Numbered from the stretch's first letter, positions 24,401 through 36,756 are shown. The stretch: DNA of 64,000 nt from Bugula neritina (GCA_964035545.1 OZ037766.1:32230773-32294772), one strand, 5' to 3'. The notes: generated from the sequence alone by a model not told the origin. Numbers and translations are program-made.

Positions 24401-27302
24401 CAATTGAGGAGATGGAGATGATAAGCAGAGTGTGGAATTCTCTGGTCTAGAAAAACACTGTGATGTTGATGGCGTGGTTAGATGGTTCAGTGGCTTAGCC
24501 TGCATGTGTGATTGAAGGATGGCTGACGGCTGAAGATGAATCAATGGCACTGTTTGTAAAGAAGATGGTTGTGTTGGATGTGGTGGTTGCCAGTGCTGTG
24601 TAGGTGTTGGTTGATACGGAGGCCAAGAGTGGTGTGTCTGCTCTTTCCAGAAGTATGTGTCTAAAGAAATGTTAAACAAGTAAAATAAGTTATTATGTGA
24701 ACTGCAGGCTATGGCGCTTGTAAAAATTATACTTTTAATTTATTGATTATTGTTATAGACACTCCAATATAAAGAACACAAAAATGAAAAGCAACATGTC
24801 ACAAGAAAATGTTCAGTTTGTCGTGTAAATAATCTTATAATTTATTTTGCAAATTAACAATTTCTTAGTATTCGTGATAGAAAGAGAATTTCGTTCTTTT
24901 GCATTATTCATTATATGCAATTTTCAAAAGCTGACCAATGCTTAATTTCACAAAGTCATCCGTATTTGTTTTAAAAATAACCAAATTGCAATCCTTTATT
25001 GTCCTTCTGTGATTAAGTTCAAAAAAGATTTATCTTATGTTATCTGCCACAAAGCATAATAATCAATTTCCTGTCTTTATCCAATAATGCTCTACATAAG
25101 TCATTGAAAACAATATTTTAGCTTGCTACTTAAATCATAAACGGAAAATACAAACCTCTTTTTTGAAATTTTATAATTTACTTTTCATTATTGCATGACA
25201 TTCTTATGTACTGCTATAACATATACTATACAGTTATTTTACCTTAAGGTTAGTTATCCTTTATTAAAATAGCTTGTTTAAAAGTTAGTAAGTTTACCTG
25301 GAACTTGGTTTATTGCTTCAGCTCTTTGTTCCGTAGAGGCAATTGTTTGGGGTCCAAATATTTCATTATTTACTCCAACATCTAAGAGTATTCTGTCTGC
25401 ATGGTTTGCGGTATTGAAAAGTTCTATCTGCTGCTCTCTTGTCAGCTGACTCATCAGAATAGTGAGAATCTCTGTTTGATTAGCCTTAGCTGCTTCCTGT
25501 ATCACTGTGTGGTCATCAATATCCTGTATCTTGAGTAGCTCTACCTTCTGTTCTACTGACACACCATCTAGTAGACATTTGATGATGTCAGTATGACCTT
25601 CTTCTGCCGCACCGTGTATAGCTGTCTTATCTTCACTGTCCTGTATCTTGAGCAGTTCTACCTTCTGTTCTACTGACACACCATCTAGTAGACATTTGAT
25701 AATGTCAGTATGACCTCCCCATGCTGCATTGTGTATAACTGTCTCACCTCCACTGTACTGCATCTTGAGCAGCTCTACCTTCTGTTCTGCTGACACACCA
25801 TCTAGTAGACATTTGATAGTGTCAGTATGACCTCTCTCTGCTGCAATGTGTATATCTATATCATCTTCACTGCCCTGTATCTTGAGTAGCTCTACCTTCT
25901 GTTCTACTGACACACCATCTAGTAGACATTTGATAATGTCAGTATGACCTTCCCTTGCTGCATTGTGTATAACTGTCTCACTTCTACTGTCCTGCATCTT
26001 GAGCAGCTCTACCTTCTGTTCTACTGACACACCATCTAGTAGACATTTGATAATGTCAGTATGATTTTTCCTTGCTGCAATGTGTATAACTGTATCATCT
26101 TCACTGTCCTGTATCTTGAGTAGCTCTACCTTCTGTTCTGCTGACACACCATCTAGTAGACATTTGATAGTGTCAGTATGTCCTCCCCATGCTGCATTGT
26201 GTATAACTGTCTTATCTCCACTGTCCTGTATCTTGAGTAGCTCTACCTTCTGTTCTGCTGACACACCATCTAGTAGACATTTGATAGTGTCAGTATGTCG
26301 TCCCCATGCTGCACTGTGTATAACTGTCTCACCTCCACTGTACTGCATCTTGAGCAGCTCTACCTTCTGTTCTGCTGACACACCATCTAGTAGACATTTG
26401 ATGATGTCAGTATCACCTCCCCATGCTTCACTGTGTATAACTGTCTCACTTCTACTGTCCTGCATCTTGAGTAGCTCTACCTTCTGTTCTGCTGACACAC
26501 CATCTAGTAGACATTTGATAATGTCAGTATGATTTTTCCTTGCTGCAATGTGTATAACTGTATCATCTTCACTGTCCTGTATCTTGAGCAGTTCTACCTT
26601 CTGTTCTGCTGACACACCATCTAGTAGACATTTGATAGTGTCAGTATGTCCTCCCCATGCTGCATTGTGTATAACTATATCATCTTCACTGCCCTGTATC
26701 TTGAGTAGCTCTACCTTCTGTTCTACTGACACACCATCTAGTAGACATTTGATGATGTCAGTATCACCTCCCCATGCTTCACTGTGTATAACTGTCTCAC
26801 TTCTACTGTCCTGCATCTTGAGTAGCTCTACCTTCTGTTCTGCTGACACACCATCTAGTAGACATTTGATGATGTCAGTATCACCTCTCCATGCTGCACT
26901 GTGTATAACTGTCTCACTTCTACTGTTCTGCATCTTGAGTAGCTCTACCTTCTGTTCTACTGACACACCATCTAGTAGACATTTGATGATGTCAGTATGA
27001 CCTTCTTCTGCTGCACAGTGTATAACTGTATCACCTCTACCGTTCTGTATCTTGAGTAGCTCTACCTTCCGTTCTACTGACACACCATCTAGTAGACATT
27101 TGATGATGTCAGTATCACCTCTCTTTGCTGTCCAGTGTATTACTTCGTACTCACGTAATAGTCTATATCTCTCTTCGAATGATATGGAAAGAAGACATTT
27201 CTTTAGTTCAGTCACAACATTTCTCTCTTTATCTTCTTCATATCCTCTATATTTAATACTAATTAGTATTTTAATGAGCTTTAACACTTCATTTTGAGTC
27301 AT
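21439..27302 (-). CDS. Ankyrin-repeat protein with Pro/Ser/Thr linker, possible ubiquitin-like segment and CCDC106-like C-terminal domain
   Basis: Eight phase-consistent exons: 27302-25298, 24660-23995, 23784-23506, 23380-23234, 22827-22738, 22589-22521, 22316-22141, 21585-21439 (TGA). Contains 14 ankyrin repeats of 39 aa (VIHxAAxxGHTDIIKCLL) plus a cap repeat. An upstream exon is possible. Confidence 0.85.
23028..23095 (+). mobile_element. tRNA-derived SINE head or tRNA pseudogene fragment (intronic)
   Basis: TGGTGTAGCGG A-box-like and GGGTTTGAATCTT B-box-like motifs; no complete cloverleaf. Confidence 0.4.
25500..27143 (-). repeat. 117-bp coding tandem array (14 ankyrin units)
   Basis: Nearly invariant core gacacaccatctagtagacatttgat recurring every 117 bp. 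Confidence 0.95.
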
Positions 27303-27814
27303 CTCAACTGACCTTTCAGTAAGAATCTTCACCTTCAGTTGTTGTACCAAATAATATCCTAGAAGCTCCACAATACACAATATCTATCCTCAGACGATAA
27401 TACAATACTATATTAAGACTTTAGCTTTTACATATCTCTGATAATAATAGTTATAAACTTCTTAGAATTATAAACAAGAATCCTCTTAGCATAGCCTGCT
27501 TGCGTAGTCCTAGCCTATTGACTAACTAGCAAGCTATACTGTAGTATAGTTCACTAAAACTGTGACATAATACATTGGAAAGTCCAATCACTCCCATTAC
27601 TCATTTTAGAAACACCTGCTCAAAAAATCTTCAACTGAATTCAATAGATCAATAGTATAGTCACTCAATACAAACCATGTCAAAGTGTATGAACAATATA
27701 TTGTACAAACAATAGAACAATAGCAAGTGTTTGACAGGCTAACACAACATATATTATTCTTGTTGCTGATGCAACATGAGTGAATAAAAAGCGCATATAC
27801 CTCCATAAGAATTG

Positions 27815-28375
27815 CCTTCTCCCCATCCTCTCTGCTATAGCCAGAGGTTTCATCCTCGATAGACGATTCCCACTTGGACGTTTCCTAGTTAGACGTTATT
27901 TCTATTTTGGTACCTACATAATTACTATAATAATTGCTAAATAGCTAATAAGCTTGTAGCTATAATAGCTAATATAAATTATTTGGAATAATAGTCCAAT
28001 TTTCACAAATTTGTGTAGGACAAAAAAACAGTAATACATTAATAATAGACATTACCTTTAATGAATACTTACTACCAAAACATATTTTCTAACAAAACCG
28101 AGTATAGAAAATTTAAAATAGTAAGTTAATGCAGATCAAAGGAATTTCTTTATGTGCTAAATAACAAGCAATTAATCCAAGTTTATTTAAATATAGGTAT
28201 ATTTTGATAATATTCAAATAAATTGCACGTAAAATAAATATTGTACCAAAATAAATAAATAACGTCTAACTGGGAAGCTGCTATCTGGAATGACACCTTA
28301 TTTCTGCATCTGCTGTCTGGCTATATATAGCCAGACAGCAGATGCAGAAATAAGGTGTTTCAGAGAAGGTGTTTA
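27815..28375. mobile_element. Putative MITE with imperfect inverted ends; related copy in the gene F intron (~42050-42360, inverted)
   Basis: agttagacgttattt (~27887) versus aaataacgtctaact (~28257); the internal sequence matches the reverse complement of 42050-42360. Confidence 0.55.
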
Positions 28376-28394
28376 GATTATATCCTTGAACAGC

Positions 28395-29720
28395 AACCAT
28401 AGAGCTCTCCGCTTCAAATGAAACTTCGGGTTTAAGTATTTCTCAAATGTTACTGTAGGTAATATGGTACTGTATAGGTAATTATATGGTAGGGTACTGT
28501 AGGTAATATGTTACTGTAGGTAATATGTTACTGTAGATAACATGTTACTGTATAGGTAATATGGTAACTGATTGCTGTAACATGAATTATTTCTGCTGTC
28601 CCAATCTCTGAGCTTAGAGATGGTCTCCAACTATAAACTGTGGTAACTGTGGCTGCTGCTAGTGAAATGTAGCTCTGGTGAAACTACTCAGCTTCAAGTT
28701 ATTATAAAACAAGTAGTACAGAGTATACATAGAAGTTGCTGCAAAACTGTTCAGCGCTGTGATTGGCATGTGGCTGGCAATTTATCTTATTATTGTACCT
28801 ACTGCTGCTGTTACAGCTGCCGCCATTGCTACTGTCTGTGTTTCCATTGACTAGCTATATCACCTCCCACATTCTGCAGTTATAGGACCCACTGGCCATG
28901 CTCTATACAATCAACCAATAGCTGTGCATGATTATTACTGATAGCTAGAAATGTTGAGAGTTTTCCTGCTTTTGCTTCACATTACAACTAATAGGATGTC
29001 ATGTGGGCCTATTTAAACAGAATTTCACTCAAAGATGCATGTAGCTATAAGTTATAACTCATCAACAAGAAGATGCAAGTTATATGCGTAGTAAATTCAG
29101 AATCCAAAGTATCTTACAATAATTAATAATGATTGCTATTGGAAATAGCATTAGTGAACCTGAAGCGCGGCATGTAGAATACTTTCAGGTGCAATTTTTG
29201 CACTCTTTGATGTTCGGCAGCTAACTTAACAAAATACCACCTCTAATCCTGCAGTTTCAATCATACTGTCATGATAATATGACTAATATATTTTGGCTTC
29301 ATGCAATTAGTATATTTTATTGTAACTGGAATGACAAGAACACAAGCTAGAAAAAACATCACTGAACATAAATTAACCCGACATAAACTATTTTCTGCAT
29401 CAGCAACCCGTAATTGAGAAACTGAGCAGAGTTTCAGAGACTCTGCATTTGGAATGTAATTTTAGTCAAACACAATATGATTAGGCCAATAAGTTTAATC
29501 AAGATTAACTCCAGTAAAAGCAGGCTCACAACAAAATATAAACAGAAAAGTAAATAGATATTGGCAATATTTTTGGAGAAGTGGTTGAATAAGCAGCACA
29601 CAGTTGGTTTAAGGTCATTACTTTCCAGATTCAGGCACTGCTTTATGTTATATATAAACAGTTTCCAGGGGATAGCTCGAACAGTTTTTGTCTCACATTA
29701 ACAAATTTTACATGAAAAGA
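28395..29720. pseudogene. Mosaic remnants of Cry-like family loci
   Basis: 28400-28455 is a frameshifted copy of the FEKYSNPEVSFEVESS coding segment (minus strand). 28760-28850 resembles the region upstream of D. 29135-29590 resembles the 3' flank of F (39675-40135). 29605-29690 resembles the 3' UTR of E in inverted orientation. Confidence 0.7.
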
Positions 29721-30509
29721 TAGCTCTTGCATTCCTCTTTCATATACTTTTTTAATTTTTCAATAAAAAATTTTCTGAGAAAGTTGTTGCATAATAAGTA
29801 AAATTTTACACCCTCCATGTTCCACTGCTGTAGCACAGGGGATTCATTTTACAAAGTTTAAATGTTAAACTTGACATTCCTTGATATGTTTTCTCTAATA
29901 TACTTTCTTTGTTTTTTGAAATTCTGTTTATGCTCTTCACAATTTGGTAAAAACATACACCATTTTGCAAGTTTCACTGCAATTTTCTAAATTCTTCATA
30001 TGGTGGTTCTAGCTACGCTCCTGTGACTAATTATAACATTCCTAGTAGTTTGCCGCTCTGCGCTATCACAATAACATATAGTACCCTCTCGCACAAATTG
30101 GCAATCTATTGGATTTCTGCCAATATAATGCTCCCTGTTTTACTTTAGCACTCAGCTGAATCATCTCACTATGTTACAATAATATATTGAAAATGCCTCA
30201 GCACAACATAATTCTTTGTTTGTTTGGCAAAGTTAATTTCCGCTAAATCACTTCACTTTACAGTCTTGTCAGTAAATGTCTGTCTATAGCGCAGCAGGTG
30301 TACTTTCAGTTTCTCTAATTCACATATAATTATTTTAAGTACATTGTATTCTATAAGATCAATTTAAGGTTTAGTCCAGTGTTCAGTATCTAATTATTAT
30401 GCATGTATGTTGTCTTACTGTTGAACAAAATTTAAAAAAAACTTTACAATTATAGCCATATTTATTATACATGCGTAGGATTTGCATAAGTTGACAAAAA
30501 AAATTGCAA

Positions 30510-30572
30510 CAAAACAGGGTTGAACCATGACCACCCAACTCGTCACTGACGCATCTAACCTCTGGACCACGC
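30510..30572 (-). mobile_element. tRNA-derived SINE-like fragment
   Basis: Minus strand GTGGTCCAGAGGTTAG...GGTTCAACCC has A-box and B-box-like motifs. Confidence 0.35.
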
Positions 30573-30643
30573 TTTTATCGTTAATGACACGCGCACTATA
30601 TGAGTAACTATCATTACATAAATATTTCGCGCGCAAATGGGTT

Positions 30644-31467
30644 ATAATAGACGATGTAAAGTTGGTACATTTAGTACCTTGTACCAACTCTAGAATACTC
30701 ACCACTATAACTTATATAAACTTCTGCAAGTTCAAATGCAAAATGCATACTTTTAGAAAATAGCTGTGCAACTTTTATTACATGCATTATTTTATTTCAT
30801 ATCTTAAATTTATGAACCATGAGTTCATTTTTCAAAATGTTTAAATTAAGTGCTCAAAAAATGCAATTAAAATTTTTATTCTTGCACAAATACCCTGGTG
30901 CAGTTTGACCACAACCCCAGCTGTTTTGGCAAACACATTTAATGGTTTTTTTATTGACATAGTGGTGAATGAGCTGGTTGTTTTTGGCAGTTGGGTAGAC
31001 TTGAAGCTTGGCAGCTTTTAAACAATTCTGATTGGCAGAATTTTACACGATAAGTTGATGTTTGTATCTGATTGGCCTAATAATGCATTTGCATTTGAAA
31101 ATGTAGAGTTTTATTTAAGCTATAATGGTGATATTTTAGAGTTGGCACACACCCCTTTTGGGTTGAGTTTTATAGTCTGTTCCTGCTGCAGTCATCTACA
31201 ACAACAGTGTATAGGGAAATTATTAGTATTACGAAATCTGTTTTGGCTTACTTTGCTATGCCAGTATTCTGACTTAGTTTTGTTATAATCAACTATGTTG
31301 GCAGTTAAAACTGAGGGTGATTTCATCAAAGGTAGACATTGCTGAGGCCTTAGAACATCAAATCAACCAGTGCTGTTACTTGGTTGTATTGTAAAGCAGT
31401 AGTGAGAGCATAGCACACTATCACAGTCACTGAGCTGCAATGACAGTATGTAAGGCACGTCAAAACA
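30644..31467 (+). repeat. Left arm of a ~820-bp near-perfect inverted repeat
   Basis: Reverse complement of 34379-35235; the ORF track shows the same peptide at 31055(+) and 34824(-). Confidence 0.95.
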
Positions 31468-31657
31468 CTAGTTTTAAATCAATACATACTACTAAATACA
31501 TTCTCATAGTCTAATGTAATAAATTATAAAAAAGTTGTTTAACATGCACATTACAAATGCATTAGCCTACGCTAACTATAAATTATTTGCTTGTGTACCC
31601 GCACTATTATTTTATTTTAAATTTGTAAAACAGTAGCTTTTTACTCTGTCACATATT

Positions 31658-34270
31658 TTTAATGTTAGCTTATTATGTGATAGGAGCAGCAAGGGAATGT
31701 CTTTGTAGTTTGTCACACAGATCTAGACTGATTTATTATTGAACTTCATAAGTGTACATAAACATAGCAAATCATATATCCTGTTGCTGACCTGACACGA
31801 CTCTTGCAACAGGGTTAAAATAACAGCACAGATGACAAAACAGGTTTCTTGTTCTGATTCACTAATTACTACAACATTACATCCCTTATGTATTTCAAAG
31901 AAAAGATACTATGTATATGTAAAACTGATTACAATAGTTTAACTGTTTACACTATGTAGCAACAAAATATAACATAAAATCTTCTGTGCCTCTGCTCTAC
32001 TATGTATTAATAACTTCATAAATCTGCTAACTAATGATAAAATGCAGGCACACAAATAAGATCTGGGAACACCTATATAGAGGGGTAGCCTTTTCATTAA
32101 ACTTTAATTTTAGCTAACCAGTTTGCGCGCCCATGCGTGAATTACCTAATAACCGCATCTATCTGGTGGTTTACGGAGAGGTGGGTCAGGTTTAGCAACT
32201 GACATGCAATCAATGCATTGCCTACAGTGCAATTCAGCTTGTTTATCAATTCCTGTCCACCATACCTTGGGCCTCAATCTCTGTTTAGCTTTCACAATAC
32301 CCTGATGACCTTCATGTGCTGATTGGATCACATGATTGCGTAAACACACTGGCACAACAATTCTATTATTTCTTAACCCTACGTTTTGCATCTCACTAAG
32401 TTCACCTGACACTGCCTTATAGCCTATGCTACAACTGCTGAAGTGATTATCCTGTATTGCGTTAACCAACTGCTGAATTTCGGCGCACTGCTTAGACTTA
32501 GCTACAACATCACCCCAACTAAGTGCTATTGGCAAAGACTCTTTGGCAACTGACTCCGCAAAACTATCCCCTACATCGGTATCTATTAATGGCACATAAT
32601 CTAACCTAGTTGCCATTTGTGACAATGGGTCAGCATCATTTTCCACCAAACCATCTAATTTAACTTCATTTTGTGAACCTACTGACTGCGCTACTGGCTG
32701 AGTATTTTCATCAATGTGAAACTTGGCGGTGTACCCCCTAAGTTTTCCCAGGCCTTGAAAAACTTCTGAAAAACTGTTCATAACTTCTTTTGGTGCCTCA
32801 GGTAAAACACTGCACACAACATTATGACTACATGATATCAGAGAAAGACTGGTGGCAGTTTTAAAACTAAGCAAACACTTTGCCACACCGTTAAACACAT
32901 AAAATTCAGCCTTAGCATGCTTGCTGTTACAATAAACATCTGCACAAAACTTGCCCAAAACATCTAGTTGCTTTACACTACCATAAGCAAGTAAACCGTG
33001 TTGATCTACACTTTCAAGAGTTATCTGGCCTGTTTGCTTTAACTTGTTGTATGTTTCAATATCTATGATATTTGTACAAGCACCAGTGTCTATAATAAAT
33101 TGTACGGTCTCACCCAGTATAGATAGATTGCATTTTGGTATCTGCGTACTAATTCGTTGTACCGTGAACAAGTAGTTGGAATCGTCTTTCCATACTATGT
33201 GTGCTTCAGAGGGGTTTTCAACAGTGTTCACATTTTCTTTAAATGATTTTCCTTTACAAAATCGTGATCCAGCATAGTGTCCTTTCTTTTTACAATCGTT
33301 GCAGCTCCGGTTGATAGCTGGGCATTTTTTACTGTAGCTCATATGTCCAAACTTGCTACAGCGGAAACACTTCTGATTTGGGTTGACTTTTGATCGAGCA
33401 TGTGAGACAGCTCCAACTGTCTCCGGTTGATCATTATTAGAAAACTTGTCAATTTTCTCATGAACTTCCACCTGAAGGGCTACCTTTACAACTTCCTTCA
33501 AGTCATTCTGTTGCTCTGCGGCCATAGCAGCAACGCGATCTCGAACAGCTTTGCTATTAACACCAATGCGGAACTGTTCAAGCAGGTTTTCATCTAACAT
33601 AGTACCAAACTCACATGTTCTAGCCTGCGTCCGTAAACGAACCACATAATCGGTTACACTCTCGCTATCTGTCCTCCTCACCCCACGAAACTTGGCCCTC
33701 TCAACCATCTTGTTGGTAGCCGTACCGAAGTGAGACTCTAACAATGTCACCAAGTCATTGTAATTCTTCTCCTTTGGCTTCTGTGGAGATGTGAGACTTG
33801 ACAGGGTCTCATATTGAGCTTCCGAGAGTCCCATAATAAGAACATGCTTTTTCTTGCCTTCGGCGGTGCCGTGAAACTCAAAGTAACTTTCTAACCTTTC
33901 CACATAAGTCTCAATTTTACCACCAAATACTGGCACACTGCTACCACTACCAGTAGCCATTTTGATACTACGAACCTTGTCTAGAAACTACAATCCCCTT
34001 CCAAAAGAGCATCAAATAATCCTTCTCTATTATCCTCATCGCCAATTTTAATGTTAGCTTATTATGTGATAGGAGCAGCAAGGGAATGTCTTTGTAGTTT
34101 GTCACACAGATCTAGACTGATTTATTATTGAACTTCATAAGTGTACATAAACATAGCAAATCATATATCCTGTTGCTGACCTGACACGACTCTTGCAACA
34201 GGGTTAAAATAACAGCACAGATGACAAAACAGGTTTCTTGTTCTGATTCACTAATTACTACAACATTACA
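31658..34270 (-). mobile_element. Internally deleted (non-autonomous) Ty3/Gypsy LTR retrotransposon
   Basis: Two 224-bp LTRs with no differences seen (31658-31881, 34047-34270); 5-bp TSD ATATT (31653-31657, 34271-34275); PBS TGGCGATGAGGAT (34044-34032, tRNA-Ser(GCT)-like). Confidence 0.95.
32146..33960 (-). CDS. Gag-protease ORF fused in frame to the integrase zinc-binding remnant; RT, RNase H and integrase core deleted
   Basis: 604 aa: capsid-like N-terminus, two knuckles (CFRCSKFGH...C, CNDCKKKGH...C), IIDTGA protease, start of the RT linker (VFQGLGKL), then HEGHQG...VWW...CIDC. No YxDD or DDE motifs. Confidence 0.9.
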   Translation of the reverse strand: MATGSGSSVPVFGGKIETYVERLESYFEFHGTAEGKKKHVLIMGLSEAQYETLSSLTSPQKPKEKNYNDLVTLLESHFGTATNKMVERAKFRGVRRTDSESVTDYVVRLRTQARTCEFGTMLDENLLEQFRIGVNSKAVRDRVAAMAAEQQNDLKEVVKVALQVEVHEKIDKFSNNDQPETVGAVSHARSKVNPNQKCFRCSKFGHMSYSKKCPAINRSCNDCKKKGHYAGSRFCKGKSFKENVNTVENPSEAHIVWKDDSNYLFTVQRISTQIPKCNLSILGETVQFIIDTGACTNIIDIETYNKLKQTGQITLESVDQHGLLAYGSVKQLDVLGKFCADVYCNSKHAKAEFYVFNGVAKCLLSFKTATSLSLISCSHNVVCSVLPEAPKEVMNSFSEVFQGLGKLRGYTAKFHIDENTQPVAQSVGSQNEVKLDGLVENDADPLSQMATRLDYVPLIDTDVGDSFAESVAKESLPIALSWGDVVAKSKQCAEIQQLVNAIQDNHFSSCSIGYKAVSGELSEMQNVGLRNNRIVVPVCLRNHVIQSAHEGHQGIVKAKQRLRPKVWWTGIDKQAELHCRQCIDCMSVAKPDPPLRKPPDRCGY

Positions 34271-34378
34271 ATATTCATCTGCATTGGATTTAAATGCACA
34301 GCTATTAGCAATAGATAATGTAGAAATTTTGTATAAAAATGAGTATTAGCATGTAGTGCCTTGCATGTGGGTCTATAT

Positions 34379-35235
34379 TGTTTTGACGTGCCTTACATAA
34401 GATAATATAATAGAACTGACGAGTTTGGTGTAGCCACTGTCATTGCAGCTCAGTGACTGTGATAGTGTGCTATGCTCTCACTACTGCTTTACAATACAAC
34501 CAAGTAACAGCACTGGTTGATTTGATGTTCTAAGGCCTCAGCAATGTCCACCTTTGATGAAATCACCCTCAGTTTTAACTGCCAACATAGTTGATTACAA
34601 ACTAAGTCAGAATACTGGCATAGCAAAGTAAGCCAAAACAGATTTCGTAATACTAATAATTTCCCTATACACTGTTGTTGTAGATGACTACAGCAGGAAC
34701 AGACTATAAAACTCAACCCAAAAGGGGTGTGTGCCAACTCTAAAATATCACCATTATAGCTTAAATAAAACTCTACATTTTCAAATGCAAATGCATTATT
34801 AGGCCAATCAGATACAAACATCAACTTATCGTGTAAAATTCTGCCAATCAGAATTGTTTAAAAGCTGCCAAGCTTCAAGTCTACCCAACTGCCAAAAACA
34901 ACCAGCTCATTCACCACTATGTCAATAAAAAAACCATTAAATGTGTTTGTTAAAACAGCTGGGGTTGTGGTCAAACTGCACCAGGGTATTTGTGCAAGAA
35001 TAAAAATTTTAATTGCATTTTTTGAGCACTTAATTTAAACATTTTGAAAAATGAACTCATGGTTCATAAGTTTAAGATATGAAATAAAATAATGCATGTA
35101 ATAAAAGTTGCACAGCTATTTTCTAAAAGTATGCATTTTGCATTTGAACTTGCAGAAGTTTATATAAGTTATAGTGGTGAGTATTCTAGAGTTGGTACAA
35201 GGTACTAAATGTACCAAATTTACATCGTCTATTAT
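34379..35235 (-). repeat. Right arm of the ~820-bp inverted repeat
   Basis: Reverse complement of 30644-31467, with a few substitutions and a ~36-bp insertion near 34400-34435. Confidence 0.95.
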
Positions 35236-36756
35236 TAGGCTGTCAATTCATGTTGATAGCAGTCAACTGTTGCGATAGTCTCGGGTTACTAGCAAAGCTA
35301 ATTGTTTTGAACAAATAACCCAAAAGTTTAAAAATAAGTAGCTTGCGTATTACTAGCTACAAAAACAGGTCTGAAATAGACTGTTAAAGCAAGCTCTTAT
35401 TGTAGAGTTTGCAGGTGTGCTCTAAAATAAAACTTAAACTGTATGCTATTGCATAAGTATTTGTATGGGAGAGATAAATGGACATTACTGAGTTTCTGGA
35501 AAACAACATACTTGAAGTTAACTTTGACAATGGTGTGTTATTTTCATCATAGCTAGCCTATAGCATAAATCTCTAATCATATGAATCTTTATGAAGCCCA
35601 CAGCTCGTGTAAGGGTGGCAATGTAATTTGAAACGAACAATTATGTTGCTGCATTGTGTCTAAGGTATATTAGAGAGCAGAATTTGGTTTTACTAGCCTA
35701 CCCCAACTGCATTCTACAATGCAGCTTATATGCTGGCAGTTGTAATAAGTACTGCCAATAGCAAGGTTACTATCACTGCTAGCTCTGTGCAGTATGTAAC
35801 CTCTTGAATAATTGCGCCAATTTTAAACTCTTGGAAGTTGGCCAAGTTATCATATCGCAGCCAGCCACTGGAGACAAAGCATCAGAGCTATTCATATAAT
35901 ATTTTACTGATGCACTTGGTAGCAGAGTGGCTAATCTAATATAGTTCATAGTTCAACAGCCTTTACTTTGGGAATACAGCCTCTTTTTTTAGGTTTACCT
36001 AACAAAGCATGAAAATATCTGAACTGATATTCTGATAATTTAGAGGTACATTTTGAAAACTAGGTTAATTGCACTTGTTTGCACAACAACAATAATAAAA
36101 TAGATATTATGCAGTATAATAAAAACACACATAATACTATATAATATATTATAATGGTAATAATATAATATTGTAAGTACCATTACTGCATTTTATAAAT
36201 CACATGGTTGCCAAAAAAATGTATCACAAATGCTGTAATTATAAATCAAAAATAGAACTATAGCTAGGCAGCAGGTTAGAATAGAGTAAATTTTTAAAAC
36301 ATGAAATCATGATTTGACTATTGTTTTATTTAGGCCAACCAACCTAGGAATACAAGATTGGGTTTTAGCTGACAGTTTATAACATTTAGCTTTTGAGCCA
36401 GCAGCACTGGCACTTGTGAAGTATAGGCAAAGTTAGTGAAGCAAGACTAACAAGCACTCAAATACAAGGCATATTGAGACGCAATAACAAGTCAGGAGCG
36501 TATAAATTAAAAAGAATGTGGAAGGGGGACTATGTTTTTCAACAAGCTATAACTTAAACATGAATTGGCTTTTGAAAAAAATAAAAAAGTATATTGGAGA
36601 ACATAAGTTTCTTTATCTTTTCATATTTTTTTTGTTCCTGTGACATTCAACCTGTTCGAGCTATCAGTGGAACATTGTTCATATAGAACATAAAGCACCT
36701 GGCAAAGAGCCAGAAAATGAAAAGTATGACCTTAAACTAACTGTGCAATAATCTTT

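Noticed and set aside
25500-27143. Conserved-repeat/variable-spacer pattern suggestive of a CRISPR array
   Set aside because: It is an in-frame ankyrin coding array in a spliced eukaryotic gene; the variable parts recur and there are no cas genes.
27800-28400. Palindrome/MITE near the symmetry centre (~27950) of the D/E inverted duplication, suggesting one giant palindrome
   Set aside because: Sequence between D and E is not mirror-symmetric and the inner inverted repeat has a different centre (~32940); likely coincidence.
32146-33960. Domesticated gag-protease host gene
   Set aside because: Flanked by identical LTRs, a PBS and a TSD, so it is a recent mobile copy.
31055-34824. Duplicated small ORF MMFVSDWPNN in both inverted-repeat arms
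   Set aside because: No recognisable domain, and the copies differ by a frameshifting indel; identity is explained by the DNA duplication.
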